Shown here: positions 1 through 10,383 of the stretch, piece after piece
How the letters are laid out: every line of letters starts with the position of its first letter
Position numbering within the stretch: the first letter of the stretch is position 1
From: Oopsacas minuta
Lineage: Eukaryota > Animalia > Porifera
Direction: 5' to 3'
Length of the DNA stretch: 64,000 nt
NCBI GenBank assembly: GCA_024704765.1
Contig: JAKMXF010000210.1
Coordinates: 124,001-188,000, forward strand
The notes under the pieces: generated by a model
What the model saw: the letters and a program-made list of their open reading frames with translations, nothing else
Databases searched by the model: none
Told to the model about the DNA's origin: nothing
Made by a program: the position numbers and the translations under genes

Positions 1-876
1 GGAATGGGTATACGTCTGTTAGGACTTGGATATCAAACTCCTTTCCTACACCTCGGCCTAGCTCATAACTACCCACAATTAGCGCAAGCTCACGGAGCTG
101 TAGCTCAGCTCGGACCTTATATTTCATCAGATGGTATTCCTGCGTCGCTTGGTCCAATGATTTTCTGTTTCACCGGAAGTGGGAATGTGTCTCGAGGTGC
201 TCAGTCAATTTTCCGGCTCCTCCCGCATGAAATGGTACACCCAGACGACCTGAAAGAAGTAGCTGAAAACGGAGAGACTAACCATGTATATGGTACTGTA
301 GTAGATGCCCATCATCACTTAAAACATAAGGGAGGACTTAATTTCGATTTGGAACACTATCTGAAAAATGGAAGTGAATACACCAGTAATTTCAGTACGA
401 ATATCGCGCCGTACATCTCCTGCTTGGTTAATGGGGTATTCTGGGCACCAGGACATCCTCGTGTGTTGACTGATACAGATGCCAGTAGTATTCAGGCAGG
501 ATATGGAAGGTTGCTAGCTGTAGTGGATGTTTCTAATGATTTAGAAGGTTCTATTGAATTTTCTAGAATGCTGACTACACTGGATAAACCGTTTGCTATA
601 TACGATTCTTCTAAGAAGCAGTATCATGAAGATTTCAGTGGAGATGGATTTCTGATTTCCAACATTGATAATTTACCAACGCAATTAGCAATTGAAGCTA
701 CAACTTTCTTTGGAGAAGAACTCCTGTCCTACATTCCAGATTTGATGAAGGTATCTAGGGTGAAGACACTTGATGATTCTAGTATTAGGTTTCCTGTACG
801 ATCAGCTGTTGTAACGTTTGATAAACAGCTGACTCCACCGTTCCGCTACATTAATGACATTAGGAAGGACAAGTAG
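1..876 (+). CDS. AASS: Lysine-ketoglutarate reductase (LKR) domain of alpha-aminoadipic semialdehyde synthase, 5'-partial; stops at the end of the LKR domain
   Basis: Motifs LLGLGYQTPFLHLG.AHNY, GPMIFCFTGSGNVSRGAQ, CLVNGVFW, IDNLPTQLAIEAT and VVTFDKQLTPPFRYI match the AASS LKR domain. Confidence 0.9.
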   Translation, partial: GMGIRLLGLGYQTPFLHLGLAHNYPQLAQAHGAVAQLGPYISSDGIPASLGPMIFCFTGSGNVSRGAQSIFRLLPHEMVHPDDLKEVAENGETNHVYGTVVDAHHHLKHKGGLNFDLEHYLKNGSEYTSNFSTNIAPYISCLVNGVFWAPGHPRVLTDTDASSIQAGYGRLLAVVDVSNDLEGSIEFSRMLTTLDKPFAIYDSSKKQYHEDFSGDGFLISNIDNLPTQLAIEATTFFGEELLSYIPDLMKVSRVKTLDDSSIRFPVRSAVVTFDKQLTPPFRYINDIRKDK

Positions 877-1044
877 GTCTATTTATTATATTAGCTTTAA
901 GTTATTCATTGCTTTAGTGTTTTTTAGTTTTAGACAGTTACATTATTTTGTATTTTATTAATAATTTATCTTTCTTTGTATTTTACTGAATTTGAATTTA
1001 TTTTATTTTTGTCATTTTAGAATTTTTGATAACTCAGGTTAGGA

Positions 1045-1121
1045 CAGTGGTTCCCAGCTCTTAGTGGGTCTGTTGAAATTGGTATAGGGGGCCCACTGGT
1101 GAAAAATGTTGGGAACCGCTG
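1045..1121. mobile_element. hAT/Charlie-like mini TIR element (77 bp)
   Basis: Ends CAGTGGTTCCCAGC ... GTTGGGAACCGCTG; flanking 8-mers GGTTAGGA and ACCTAGGA match 5/8 (decayed TSD). Confidence 0.65.
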
Positions 1122-1201
1122 ACCTAGGACATAAAACCCATTCACCCAATACAATTATTATTATAAATACCACCTCAAAAATATACGTATTTCTTCCTAA
1201 T

Positions 1202-2977
1202 TTATGAATTATTATCGTAATAACTGTATTCTCCGAGGAGATCTTCTACATTAGTTCTTGCCTCTTTGAACTCCATCTCATCCATACCCTCACTCTTATA
1301 ACTGTGTAAGTATGCTTTCCGTTTGAATAGTTTATCAAACTGAGATAAAATCCCTTTCAAAAGGCTTTTTATTGCTGTTGTATTGGTAATATAGGTAGCA
1401 GATAATTCTGTTTTTAGCTGTTACGCCACAAACAACTGAGTGAATACTGCTTGATTTTATGAATTGTTTCCTGTTGTCTGATTTCACTGTAGCCACGAGT
1501 TCTTCCATTTCCTGAACTGCAATTCTACCACGGACTATATTCACTAAAGATATATTCTTGCTCTTTACCATAGGATTACACGTAGCCAAATAGTGTTGTG
1601 GATTCAACATGCCATTAGCTAGTTCTGACATTGATACGATGGGATTAACCATACTGTTGGGAATTGTAAATGATGATAAGCCTGTTAGAAAGAAACTGAG
1701 GTGTGGATAAGGTTTCAAGCTAGTCCCTAACTTTATAAAATCTTGATTATTTTGACCATGGAATCTTAGACCAGCTGTTACACCTGTCATTACACGTGTA
1801 ATAATATTATTCGTTAATTCATAAGTAGGATTCTCTAATTTGAGAAATTGATCACAGATATTATTCAAGGCATTATTATCGAATAAATACGTATGATCAA
1901 TATTCTCAATTAGAGAGTGTAGTGAGAGAATAGCGTTATAGGGCTCTACTACAATATCTGATACTTTAGGATGAGGTGTATGTGTAAACGACGTGGTTAC
2001 TCTAGCGATGCGCTCTTCCATTAGTTTAGATATAACCAGTGCTCCCATACCAGATCCTGTACCTCCACCTATCGAGTGTATAACCTGGATACCTTGTAAT
2101 GAATCACAAATTTCTGCTTCTTTTCGGGTTAATTCTAACACTTGATTAGATAACTCTACTCCATCTGTATAAAGACCTTTTGCACAGTTATTTCCAGTGC
2201 TACCACCTGCATTTAACATATTCTCTGCTTTGAAGAGTTTTCCTAATTTCCCTGCTTTTATGCTATCTATACTCACAGGATCTAAATCTGCAAGAATTGA
2301 TCTAGGAACAAACTTGTGAGATTTTGATTCATCGTAGTAAACATTTATGCGCTCCTTTCTCTGCCAGATGTCTTCTACCTTGCTAGCAACTGGGTTTCCT
2401 TTCACATCTATGATATGTTCATCTCCAATTTCTTCCCAAAACTAAATTAATTTTGAAATACAGTGGAATCTGTAAAAGCCTGCCCAACGAGACAATTTTC
2501 AATTATTATCAAGTCACATTTTACTTGGCAGATATTAACAACTTCCACTGTAATTAGAACTCTTGTTAAACTTCCAACGAATAGTAAATATTGTTAGGCA
2601 ATGTTATAATTATTTCTAAAATTCTTGCTAATCTATGCTATTTGATATGATTAGTATTAGTTAATATTACTGCAAAAGACAGAGTGTATTTATGTGTCTA
2701 TGCGTGTGTTGCAACTTGCAAACTAATCAGTATAGTCAGTAACATCGTGATAGTAAATAGTTGTGACCCAGCGTCACTATTAGTGTAAATCTGCACACGT
2801 AACACTGGAGTCATACACTCATACGACGTATACAGTATACTAGTCAACAAATAAATAAATACATATATAAAAGAATGGAATTCATTTCGTGCAGAAATAA
2901 TATTCTCTATCAGTAATTACCTTCGTTCCAATTTGGTTTCCACATTGCCCGATCTGTATGCAAATAATCTCCCTCAT
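1202..2977 (-). CDS. Highly divergent beta-tubulin-like gene; 2 exons (2977-2921, 2441-1202) with a frameshift at 1411-1415; possible pseudogene
   Basis: Exon 1 MREIICIQIGQCGNQIGTK, then a GTAATT...TAG intron after codon 19, then FWEEIGDEH and GGGTGSGMG; the shifted frame gives TELSATYITNTTAIKSLL...KRKAYLHSYKSEGMDEMEF...GEYSYYDNNS*. Confidence 0.88.
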
Positions 2978-3268
2978 CAAGTCCAGAATTTCTACCAAGT
3001 ATTATTTGTATATTCGGAGGTATCTTGAGAGGTTTTTAACTAATTATGGGTACCCTAAATTCTAAATTGGGCTAGTATTCATGTTTGGATCGCCGTTAAT
3101 ATGAACACGATTGATATGAAAAGGCATACTAATTTCAGTCCCTTCAATACCTTTTGTACGAAATCACTTAGGTTAATACAAATTTCTACGCTCTCGAGAG
3201 TCTGCAAGCATTTTAACTAGAGTCTTTTGAAATTATTATTCCGACAATATTTACAATAGCTTGTTATA

Positions 3269-4363
3269 ATGGCAAAATATTGTGAGACTGACAATAGGGA
3301 CCTTCTAACGTCTCTTTCACTGGATGTCCATCAAGCTCAAGACATCAATAGCATAACCTGCTCTACAATTCTTATTCCAGTTTTGGCTGATAGTGAACAA
3401 TGTCCGCTTCTACAAGATTACATAAAAACTGATACTGATTTTGAGAAATCTTTAATTTCCTATCTTCACCCTTTCAATTCTAAACTTCACAATAATGAAC
3501 CAGAAGGACTGTTTATTGAGAAATTAGGAAAGTATGCCATAACAATTCCCTTCCCCTCTCCTACACACAACAAAGATACAATTAAGCATCAAACAATGCT
3601 AATTCTTGCTAATGGCCTGTTGTATGCTAATATCAATAGTGTAGAGAAATTAGCTATACTATATCCTGGTCCCTTCTTTTGTACTGATGACTTTAGTGAA
3701 GCTTTCTATAAGAGTTTATTTATAAGATTCGTAGAGAAAGTTATCAAACAGAAACAGAAAATATTTCTGAATGAAATTCATATTTACGTTCAGTCTGATC
3801 AAATATTTGAAACTCTCCCTAGAGATTTGGCAACGATAGGAGAAAAGTTTATATCGAAGGATTATAAGAAATTATGTTCAGAATGTGAGTTAGAAGTTAG
3901 AGTAGACGCTAGATTATGTCAAAAGTGTATAGATACATATCCTGACGATACTACACCATTCCCTCATTCCAAATCTAAACATTCTAAGAAGGAGACTACA
4001 CCAAGTAGTTTACCTGTTAAACAGCCCAGTGATAAAGAGGTTGATAGTCAGTTAGCAGAATCATTTATGTATATCCGAAGGGATTTAAAGATCAAATTTG
4101 CAGATCATCATGCTGATAGATATTTAGGTGAAAAACTACATACTTTTCTTAAAGTAAAGTTGAATATTTCTAATGACAGGATTCATAAGTATTCTCGCTT
4201 CTGGTTGATTGGATATGCTGTTGGATCATTCACAGGAGGATTGGTACCTAAGAATTTTGTGGTACCAGATGGAGTGTGTAAGGTAGCAGCTGGCATCGGA
4301 GCGGGTACTGCTCTATGTGGGTGTGTATTGTCCAAGGAGCAATTGGTTAAGATTTTGAAATAG
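3269..4363 (+). CDS. Uncharacterised 364-aa protein: possible macro-like N-terminal fold, CxxC-x10-CxxC zinc ribbon, Gly-rich hydrophobic C-terminus
   Basis: Long ORF; CSECELEVRVDARLCQKC; GYAVGSFTGG and GIGAGTALCG segments; macro-like call is tentative. Confidence 0.6.
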   Translation: MAKYCETDNRDLLTSLSLDVHQAQDINSITCSTILIPVLADSEQCPLLQDYIKTDTDFEKSLISYLHPFNSKLHNNEPEGLFIEKLGKYAITIPFPSPTHNKDTIKHQTMLILANGLLYANINSVEKLAILYPGPFFCTDDFSEAFYKSLFIRFVEKVIKQKQKIFLNEIHIYVQSDQIFETLPRDLATIGEKFISKDYKKLCSECELEVRVDARLCQKCIDTYPDDTTPFPHSKSKHSKKETTPSSLPVKQPSDKEVDSQLAESFMYIRRDLKIKFADHHADRYLGEKLHTFLKVKLNISNDRIHKYSRFWLIGYAVGSFTGGLVPKNFVVPDGVCKVAAGIGAGTALCGCVLSKEQLVKILK

Positions 4364-4468
4364 AATAATCTAGCATACTAATATAGAATACGTTTCATAG
4401 TTTTAGTAATCATTTTAATGCTTTTTATACTGATTTAACATAAATCTTACTATTAATATTTGTTAGTT

Positions 4469-5068
4469 ATGAATATCAGATATAGCGTTATACTACTGTT
4501 GTGTTATATCTCACAAACTAATGCAAATTGTGAAAATAGAACAGTTTGCTTGGACTCCAGTATTCTGAATGGAAGTACTACATCCCTGGTAGATTGTATT
4601 GATTCTGAGTGCGTTTGTTTGAGTGAATGTTTTGAATTGAACCTTACATCGAAAAGTTGTTTCTTACAAACTAGTTCTTGTTATTTATACTCTCTGTCAG
4701 ATGACACATGTCACTCAACAGCACCTTCCTGGGTGACAGCTTTCATTCTGAGTCTGCTATTCGGAACGACAGGAGCTGATAACTTCTACATCAACCGATT
4801 CGACTATGCAATTCCTCAACTTTTGCTGTTTCTATCTCCTCTCTGTGGTTGTTTTACTCTCTGCTCTTACTGCTACTGTGCAATGTTTCTCTCCATCAGA
4901 AAGAACCTTCGTCCTATTTCTATGTGTCTTAACGTAACAGCTCTTATACTGGCTAGTCTAGCAGCTATTATATTACCGCTTATCACTACTTCTTGGAATC
5001 TTGTTGATTGGTTACTTATCGCGTTTAATCGTCGACATGACAGCAATGACTGTATTTTAACATGGTAA
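4469..5068 (+). CDS. TM2-domain membrane protein with signal peptide and Cys-rich ectodomain (paralog A)
   Basis: Signal peptide MNIRYSVILLLCYISQTNA; TAFILSLLFGTTGADNFYI (TM2 motif); W..D...DSN.C tail. Confidence 0.8.
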   Translation: MNIRYSVILLLCYISQTNANCENRTVCLDSSILNGSTTSLVDCIDSECVCLSECFELNLTSKSCFLQTSSCYLYSLSDDTCHSTAPSWVTAFILSLLFGTTGADNFYINRFDYAIPQLLLFLSPLCGCFTLCSYCYCAMFLSIRKNLRPISMCLNVTALILASLAAIILPLITTSWNLVDWLLIAFNRRHDSNDCILTW

Positions 5069-5195
5069 AGACATAGAATTATGTATATTTTGCCGCTTAC
5101 AAAGTTACTGTAAATATATTGAATATTATTGAGATTTGTTTGTACTTAACGTTTGTTGCTATCTATAAGGTTCGAATTGTAGCAGAGTGCGTATA

Positions 5196-5280
5196 CAGTA
5201 GACTCTCGTTAATACGAAATCTGGATAAGGCGAACATATTTTGACCGTCTGTTGGTGTTCGTAATTACGAGGTTCCACTG
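5196..5280. mobile_element. pogo/Tigger-like MITE (85 bp)
   Basis: TA|CAGTAGACTCTCGTTAATACGAA ... TTCGTAATTACGAGGTTCCACTG|TA; 18/23 inverted match. Confidence 0.8.
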
Positions 5281-5334
5281 TATTCGATTTTTCTCATATT
5301 TTTTGGAATTTTAGGATAGTTTATTTCATCACTA

Positions 5335-5901
5335 ATGACATCAGTAAAACGTCTTGACAAAGAGAATCTGGTATCTACATGTGGTCCTAGCTTCAAACCT
5401 GGACATGAAGAGATAACTCGTACTCCACTATCACTGCTAAAGGATGTTAGAAATCGTCACACTAAGCCTAATTCAGTTCTAAAAACTCATGAAAACATTC
5501 CTCTCAAACGCACCTTCAAGACATCGACTAAAAAAAATAAATCTACAAAACCACACTCAGAAATGCATAAAATACAAGAGAATATAAGACTTGACCCCTC
5601 TAGTAGTCTATTCAAACAATTTGAATACCCAGAAGTTGAGAACACCCCTCATGACGAGCCTGAACCTCAGGACAAACTATTTCCCTCAGAGGAATTACAA
5701 TTTATAAATGAACTGGTTAAGATAAATATTGCATCCCCACATCATTCACGTAAAGAACATTTTAAACTTGAAACTCCTGTACCTATTGAGGAGCGTTGTG
5801 AGCTATTAGAGGTGGAGTTAACTCTTCCTGAGGACTTACCACTACCTGATGAGTTAATTGGATTTGAATTGGAGCAGATGCTGGAAGCTTGTCATATCTA
5901 A
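5335..5901 (+). CDS. Securin (PTTG1)-like protein
   Basis: N-terminal KEN box (LDKEN), GPSFK, D-box-like RTPLSLLKDVRN, YPEVEN motif, acidic/Pro-rich tail LEVELTLP. Confidence 0.55.
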   Translation: MTSVKRLDKENLVSTCGPSFKPGHEEITRTPLSLLKDVRNRHTKPNSVLKTHENIPLKRTFKTSTKKNKSTKPHSEMHKIQENIRLDPSSSLFKQFEYPEVENTPHDEPEPQDKLFPSEELQFINELVKINIASPHHSRKEHFKLETPVPIEERCELLEVELTLPEDLPLPDELIGFELEQMLEACHI

Positions 5902-6055
5902 TTATTCGACAAATTTATTCTTTACATCCCGACCACTTATCTGTATGCACTTTACTTAAAGTACTTAACTAATGTCTAAGTAATTGAATTAGTTCATTGA
6001 CAAATCTATTCTTTCCTATTTACGTATTTACTAAATATTTAAATTCTAGCAATAT

Positions 6056-8878
6056 ATGTCGTCTCAGGTGTTAACGTGGTATGACTTCTTACTAAAAACA
6101 GCTGATATTGATGAGTACCTGTTAGACTACACCACTTCTCCTACCTCTCACCCTAAACCTAGTGAGCTGTTGATAGCTTTCCTACAAAGACTATCCCGAC
6201 TTGAAGATGAAAGTACTCTCCGTGATAATACACAGTATGCATTGCGTCTAGCAGACCTCTCACTTAAGGTGGTAGGACACTACTTCAACTGGTCTCTACC
6301 TGAGCTAGACAACTGTCTAACTCTACCTTTACAATACCGACTAATGACTGTCCTCAACACACGATTCCCAGCTGATTCAGAGAAAACATTCGCAGACTTA
6401 TCAGACAACCATTTGGTAGCAATGTATCTAGACAGTTGTTGGACCGTGAGATTCATATGTTCCTTATCTATACGAGATTATGCTAATAAGAAAGTTGAAA
6501 TTAAACAAGTTTATAATCAGCTACATGAGGATAATGTACAAGCTATTCTAACTGATATCCTGTCCCTAGAGAATGATCTACAACCTTCTATATCATTTCT
6601 ATGTCCTAAGAAAAAACGATTTATCTCAATAAATAATCTGCTAATACAAACACATTTCGAGTTAGGCAGATATCTATTTTGTAAAATGAAATATACTCAA
6701 GCATTGCAACACTTTACTTCTGCATCAGATTTGTTCTCACAGAGATCAGCTCGTGATAACAAAGATATGCTATGGGTCACTTCACAACAACTACAGGCAT
6801 TCTTTGACACTACTCTCCTACTTAATTCAGAAGATAGTGGCAGGATTATTGGGCAGAGATGGAACTTAGAGTCTATGCTTGTTTCCCCTCATTTCCCTCC
6901 TCTATTAGACCTCATGGTTAAGACACAACTATCTCAACAGTTGGGTAAAGGGTTCTATCACAGGATCCTAGACCTGAGCTCTAAGGTACAACCTTCTACA
7001 CGCTCCAAAACAAAACCAGACTCAACTCCGAGTAGCAAACGTTCCAGATTAGACCCCTCACCTGAAGAGGCTTTTTGGAAACTGTCTCTCCTCTCAGCTG
7101 TCAAATGTCACTCCTTCAATCTAAGCTGTCCTGCCCTGTTACATATATTTAGACAGATGGACTCAAGAGATGAGTTTGATTGCTTTCATCGTATCCTTTC
7201 AAAGCTTGGGTTTTCTAAGAAGAAAGACACTCTCAGTAGATCACACACCTCTCTAGAATTGTCTTCCATCCCACTCCATCTAGCTCACCTTCTTTTCTCA
7301 AACATGCTCCCAGATTTACGAGAAATTTACGATTCTTCCTATTTATACAAATCCGTACACACATCCAATACTCCACCTGATTCTCTTACCTTACAATATT
7401 TACCTAGCCTATCAGCTGATAGTAGTAGGATTATACACTCAAAACCAGCTCAGTACATGAAACTATCTTCCCTACAACAAGCTTATCTCAGTCAATGGCA
7501 TCTCCTTAACTTATGTGATATTCCTGCATTCAATATGCTTATTTCTACTATAGGCAACAAGTCATCACTGGATATACAACACTTTGCTAGTCAATGGACA
7601 GGTTCTCATAAACCTTTCATACAAAATGAACAAGTTCCTGATTATACACTACTCACTAAGATTAATGCTGCTCTCCATATTGGTAGTATTCTACAGAGTA
7701 ACCGTCATCTCGAATTATCACACAAATTCTATCGTTCCGCACTTGACAGCTGTCAGAATGCTAGTCTAAAACCACCTCTAACAATTCCTATACACGAAAA
7801 ATTCGTATTCGTACAGTTAGAAACGGAAATAATTCAACTTAAGCAATCTCCAGGACATATTTTCCCTCAGAGCTTAGTTGAGAATGCTAAACACGTATTT
7901 TCTAATACTTCCAACACCCCATTCCTGCATATGGCAGCTGCCTTCCTTCTCAACTGTAAAGAGTATCAATTCTTTACATCTGATAATTTCGGTGATCAAG
8001 CTAAGTTCGCTACAGGTCTAGCTAACTGCTGTCTAGCCCTGATGGAGTCTAGTGAAGTGAGACGTCACGGTAGGCATATATTTGACGCTATATTTCGTAT
8101 TTTAGAAAATCAACGAGAACAGGATTCGGATGTTAAAACTGGATTACAAATATTCTTCAACAATCTTGTAGAAAGATTTTCTCTTTCAATTTCCATATCT
8201 TGTTTTGTAAAACTAGTCACATTAGTTGAGAATCCAAAATGGGAGATTAGTTCTGAGTATCCTAACTGCTGGCCTGCTGCAATATCAAACGTGGATCGCT
8301 TAGAACGATCACAGGTTTGTAGATTCTTCTTATCTCTTGTCGATCATGCTATTGAGCTACACCCCAACAACTGTCACGCCTGGCTTATAACTAAAGCAGA
8401 TTATCTATTCAATAATTCTAATTATAGCATGGCTCTTAAGCTGTACATAGAAGCAGGTGCTCTCGCTTCGTCTTACTTCGAGACAGCTGTACCCCCTGAT
8501 ATATGGGCTGAGCCTTGTATTAGACACATGCTAGACTGTCTCAATATGTTAAGAGAGATACGTTTCGCACTCTTACTCTCTCAGCTGTTAAGACCAGCTG
8601 ATCACAATCTTACACTTAATCTTATAAAGGAATTGTTAGAAAAACCAAATGAATCGTTTATTCCTAATAACTTTTATAAATACATATGGGACATGACTGC
8701 ACTTGAATATTTAGGATATTTTTGTGCTCTGAGAAAGCTTTCTGAATTTAACGACTATTTTAACACAATACCAGCTGATTTGAATATTAACAATAGCGAG
8801 GAGGTTCTGAGTAGAGCCGTGCAATGGAGGAGAACGGAATTCTTGAGAAGATTAGCAGATTATCTGTTGATTGTTTAG
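6056..8878 (+). CDS. INTS8: Integrator complex subunit 8 (intronless)
   Basis: N-terminal WYDFLL...PSELLIAFL; C-terminal YIWDMTALEYL...DLNINNSEEVL...RRTEFLRRLA. Confidence 0.85.
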   Translation: MSSQVLTWYDFLLKTADIDEYLLDYTTSPTSHPKPSELLIAFLQRLSRLEDESTLRDNTQYALRLADLSLKVVGHYFNWSLPELDNCLTLPLQYRLMTVLNTRFPADSEKTFADLSDNHLVAMYLDSCWTVRFICSLSIRDYANKKVEIKQVYNQLHEDNVQAILTDILSLENDLQPSISFLCPKKKRFISINNLLIQTHFELGRYLFCKMKYTQALQHFTSASDLFSQRSARDNKDMLWVTSQQLQAFFDTTLLLNSEDSGRIIGQRWNLESMLVSPHFPPLLDLMVKTQLSQQLGKGFYHRILDLSSKVQPSTRSKTKPDSTPSSKRSRLDPSPEEAFWKLSLLSAVKCHSFNLSCPALLHIFRQMDSRDEFDCFHRILSKLGFSKKKDTLSRSHTSLELSSIPLHLAHLLFSNMLPDLREIYDSSYLYKSVHTSNTPPDSLTLQYLPSLSADSSRIIHSKPAQYMKLSSLQQAYLSQWHLLNLCDIPAFNMLISTIGNKSSLDIQHFASQWTGSHKPFIQNEQVPDYTLLTKINAALHIGSILQSNRHLELSHKFYRSALDSCQNASLKPPLTIPIHEKFVFVQLETEIIQLKQSPGHIFPQSLVENAKHVFSNTSNTPFLHMAAAFLLNCKEYQFFTSDNFGDQAKFATGLANCCLALMESSEVRRHGRHIFDAIFRILENQREQDSDVKTGLQIFFNNLVERFSLSISISCFVKLVTLVENPKWEISSEYPNCWPAAISNVDRLERSQVCRFFLSLVDHAIELHPNNCHAWLITKADYLFNNSNYSMALKLYIEAGALASSYFETAVPPDIWAEPCIRHMLDCLNMLREIRFALLLSQLLRPADHNLTLNLIKELLEKPNESFIPNNFYKYIWDMTALEYLGYFCALRKLSEFNDYFNTIPADLNINNSEEVLSRAVQWRRTEFLRRLADYLLIV

Positions 8879-8965
8879 TAATACCTTATTATTTGTTCTA
8901 ATATTTTGATGATCTAATTAAGTGAAAATGAAGATATTTTAAAATAACTAATATCTATATACGTA

Positions 8966-9132
8966 CAGTCAACTCCCGTTATATCTAATCTTAAGGGACT
9001 GCGATAATGACTTCGGCTTAGCGGAATTCGGTATAACCGATGGATATATGCTACTTTTACGGTTTGGGATCATATTTGAACAATTTAAGACTTCAATATA
9101 AGCGGGTATTTCTTTATAATGGGAGTTGACTG
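8966..9132. mobile_element. pogo/Tigger-like MITE (167 bp)
   Basis: TA|CAGTCAACTCCCGTTATA ... TATAATGGGAGTTGACTG|TA; 17/18 TIR match. Confidence 0.85.
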
Positions 9133-9169
9133 TAACATATTAATACAGTTTAATCTATAGGAGTGATTT

Positions 9170-10162
9170 ATGAAACAAGTTCATCATATCCCAGTGTTGT
9201 GTAAAGAAGTACTTTTGGGATTGTCTGTTAAGGGGAAGACATTATTAGACATGACGTTTGGTGGAGGAGGTCATACTCGTGCAATGTTAAATTCTGGTGC
9301 TGCTAGAGTATTTGCTTTAGACAGAGATTTAACTGCTTATAATATAGCTTGTGAGTTAGCTAACGAATATTCCAATAGAATTATACCAATCCATGGTAAA
9401 TTCTCTCAAATATCACAGCTCCTCAAACAGAGAGGTATCATGAAGGTAGATGGTGTGTTGTTTGATTTGGGATTGTCTTCTAATCAACTGGACAGTGCTA
9501 GTAGAGGATTTTCGTTCTCAAGAGATGGTCCTCTTGATATGAGAATGGACCAATCTGATAGGGACTCTGCATATCAGTTGGTTAATCAAACTCCTCCCCA
9601 ATTGTTCATGAGTTGGCTCAGAGAGTTTGGAGAGGAGAGGGCAGCTTTACGGATAGTTCGTGCGATTTGTGCTGCACGGGAAAAGAAGGAAATAACTAGC
9701 ACATTAGAACTAGCTCAGATAATTGAGACAGCTGTACCTCGTTTTGGATATATGGGGAGTAGAAAGATACACCCTGCTACTCGAACATTCCAAGCGCTCA
9801 GAATCGTTATCAACGATGAAATGGGAGAATTAAAGCAAGGACTTAAACAAGCAGAGTCTCTATTAGCTACTGGTGGAAGGTTAGCTGTTATAAGCTTCCA
9901 CTCCTTAGAAGATAGAATTGTAAAACGATTCTTTAAGGGGTACACGGAGAGTAATCTTACTGGCATAACAACATCTCAATTAAAATTAATAGTTCGATCA
10001 GCGAAGAGAAAACAACTTGATTGTATTGACAATTATCCTATCGATGATTGTCTTCCTAGATTTAATATTCTAAATAAGTCTCCTATAACTGCTACAGAAG
10101 CTGAGATACTTTGTAACCCACGTTCTAGATCTGCTAAACTCAGAATTGCTGAAAACGTATGA
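9170..10162 (+). CDS. METTL15: Mitochondrial 12S rRNA m4C methyltransferase (RsmH/MraW family)
   Basis: HIPVL, DMTFGGGGH, DLGLSS.QLD..SRGFSF..DGPLDMRMD, FQALRIVINDE, ISFHSLEDRIVK, NPRSRSAKLR. Confidence 0.95.
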   Translation: MKQVHHIPVLCKEVLLGLSVKGKTLLDMTFGGGGHTRAMLNSGAARVFALDRDLTAYNIACELANEYSNRIIPIHGKFSQISQLLKQRGIMKVDGVLFDLGLSSNQLDSASRGFSFSRDGPLDMRMDQSDRDSAYQLVNQTPPQLFMSWLREFGEERAALRIVRAICAAREKKEITSTLELAQIIETAVPRFGYMGSRKIHPATRTFQALRIVINDEMGELKQGLKQAESLLATGGRLAVISFHSLEDRIVKRFFKGYTESNLTGITTSQLKLIVRSAKRKQLDCIDNYPIDDCLPRFNILNKSPITATEAEILCNPRSRSAKLRIAENV

Positions 10163-10383
10163 ACATCCAAATTGCGGTTTATTCAATGTTCTCACAAGTT
10201 GAAAGGCGATTCATACACTTCCCAGTTAAACTCATCCTATTGGGTAACGCTATATATTTTCGTTTCGATCATATAACTACTAATTCTTTTACACAACCTT
10301 TTGCAATACTTAATTATCTAATAACTACACACACATAGCTAAATAGACCAGTTTCTTGTTTTCGAAAATCACTTTTCATTAGG

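Noticed and set aside
2592-2804. TGTTA...TAACA-bounded segment in the tubulin intron as a solo LTR
   Set aside because: No target-site duplication and no second copy in the window
5160-5190. GGTTCGAA as a tRNA T-loop
   Set aside because: No cloverleaf or A-box; no tRNA, rRNA or CRISPR array was found anywhere in the window
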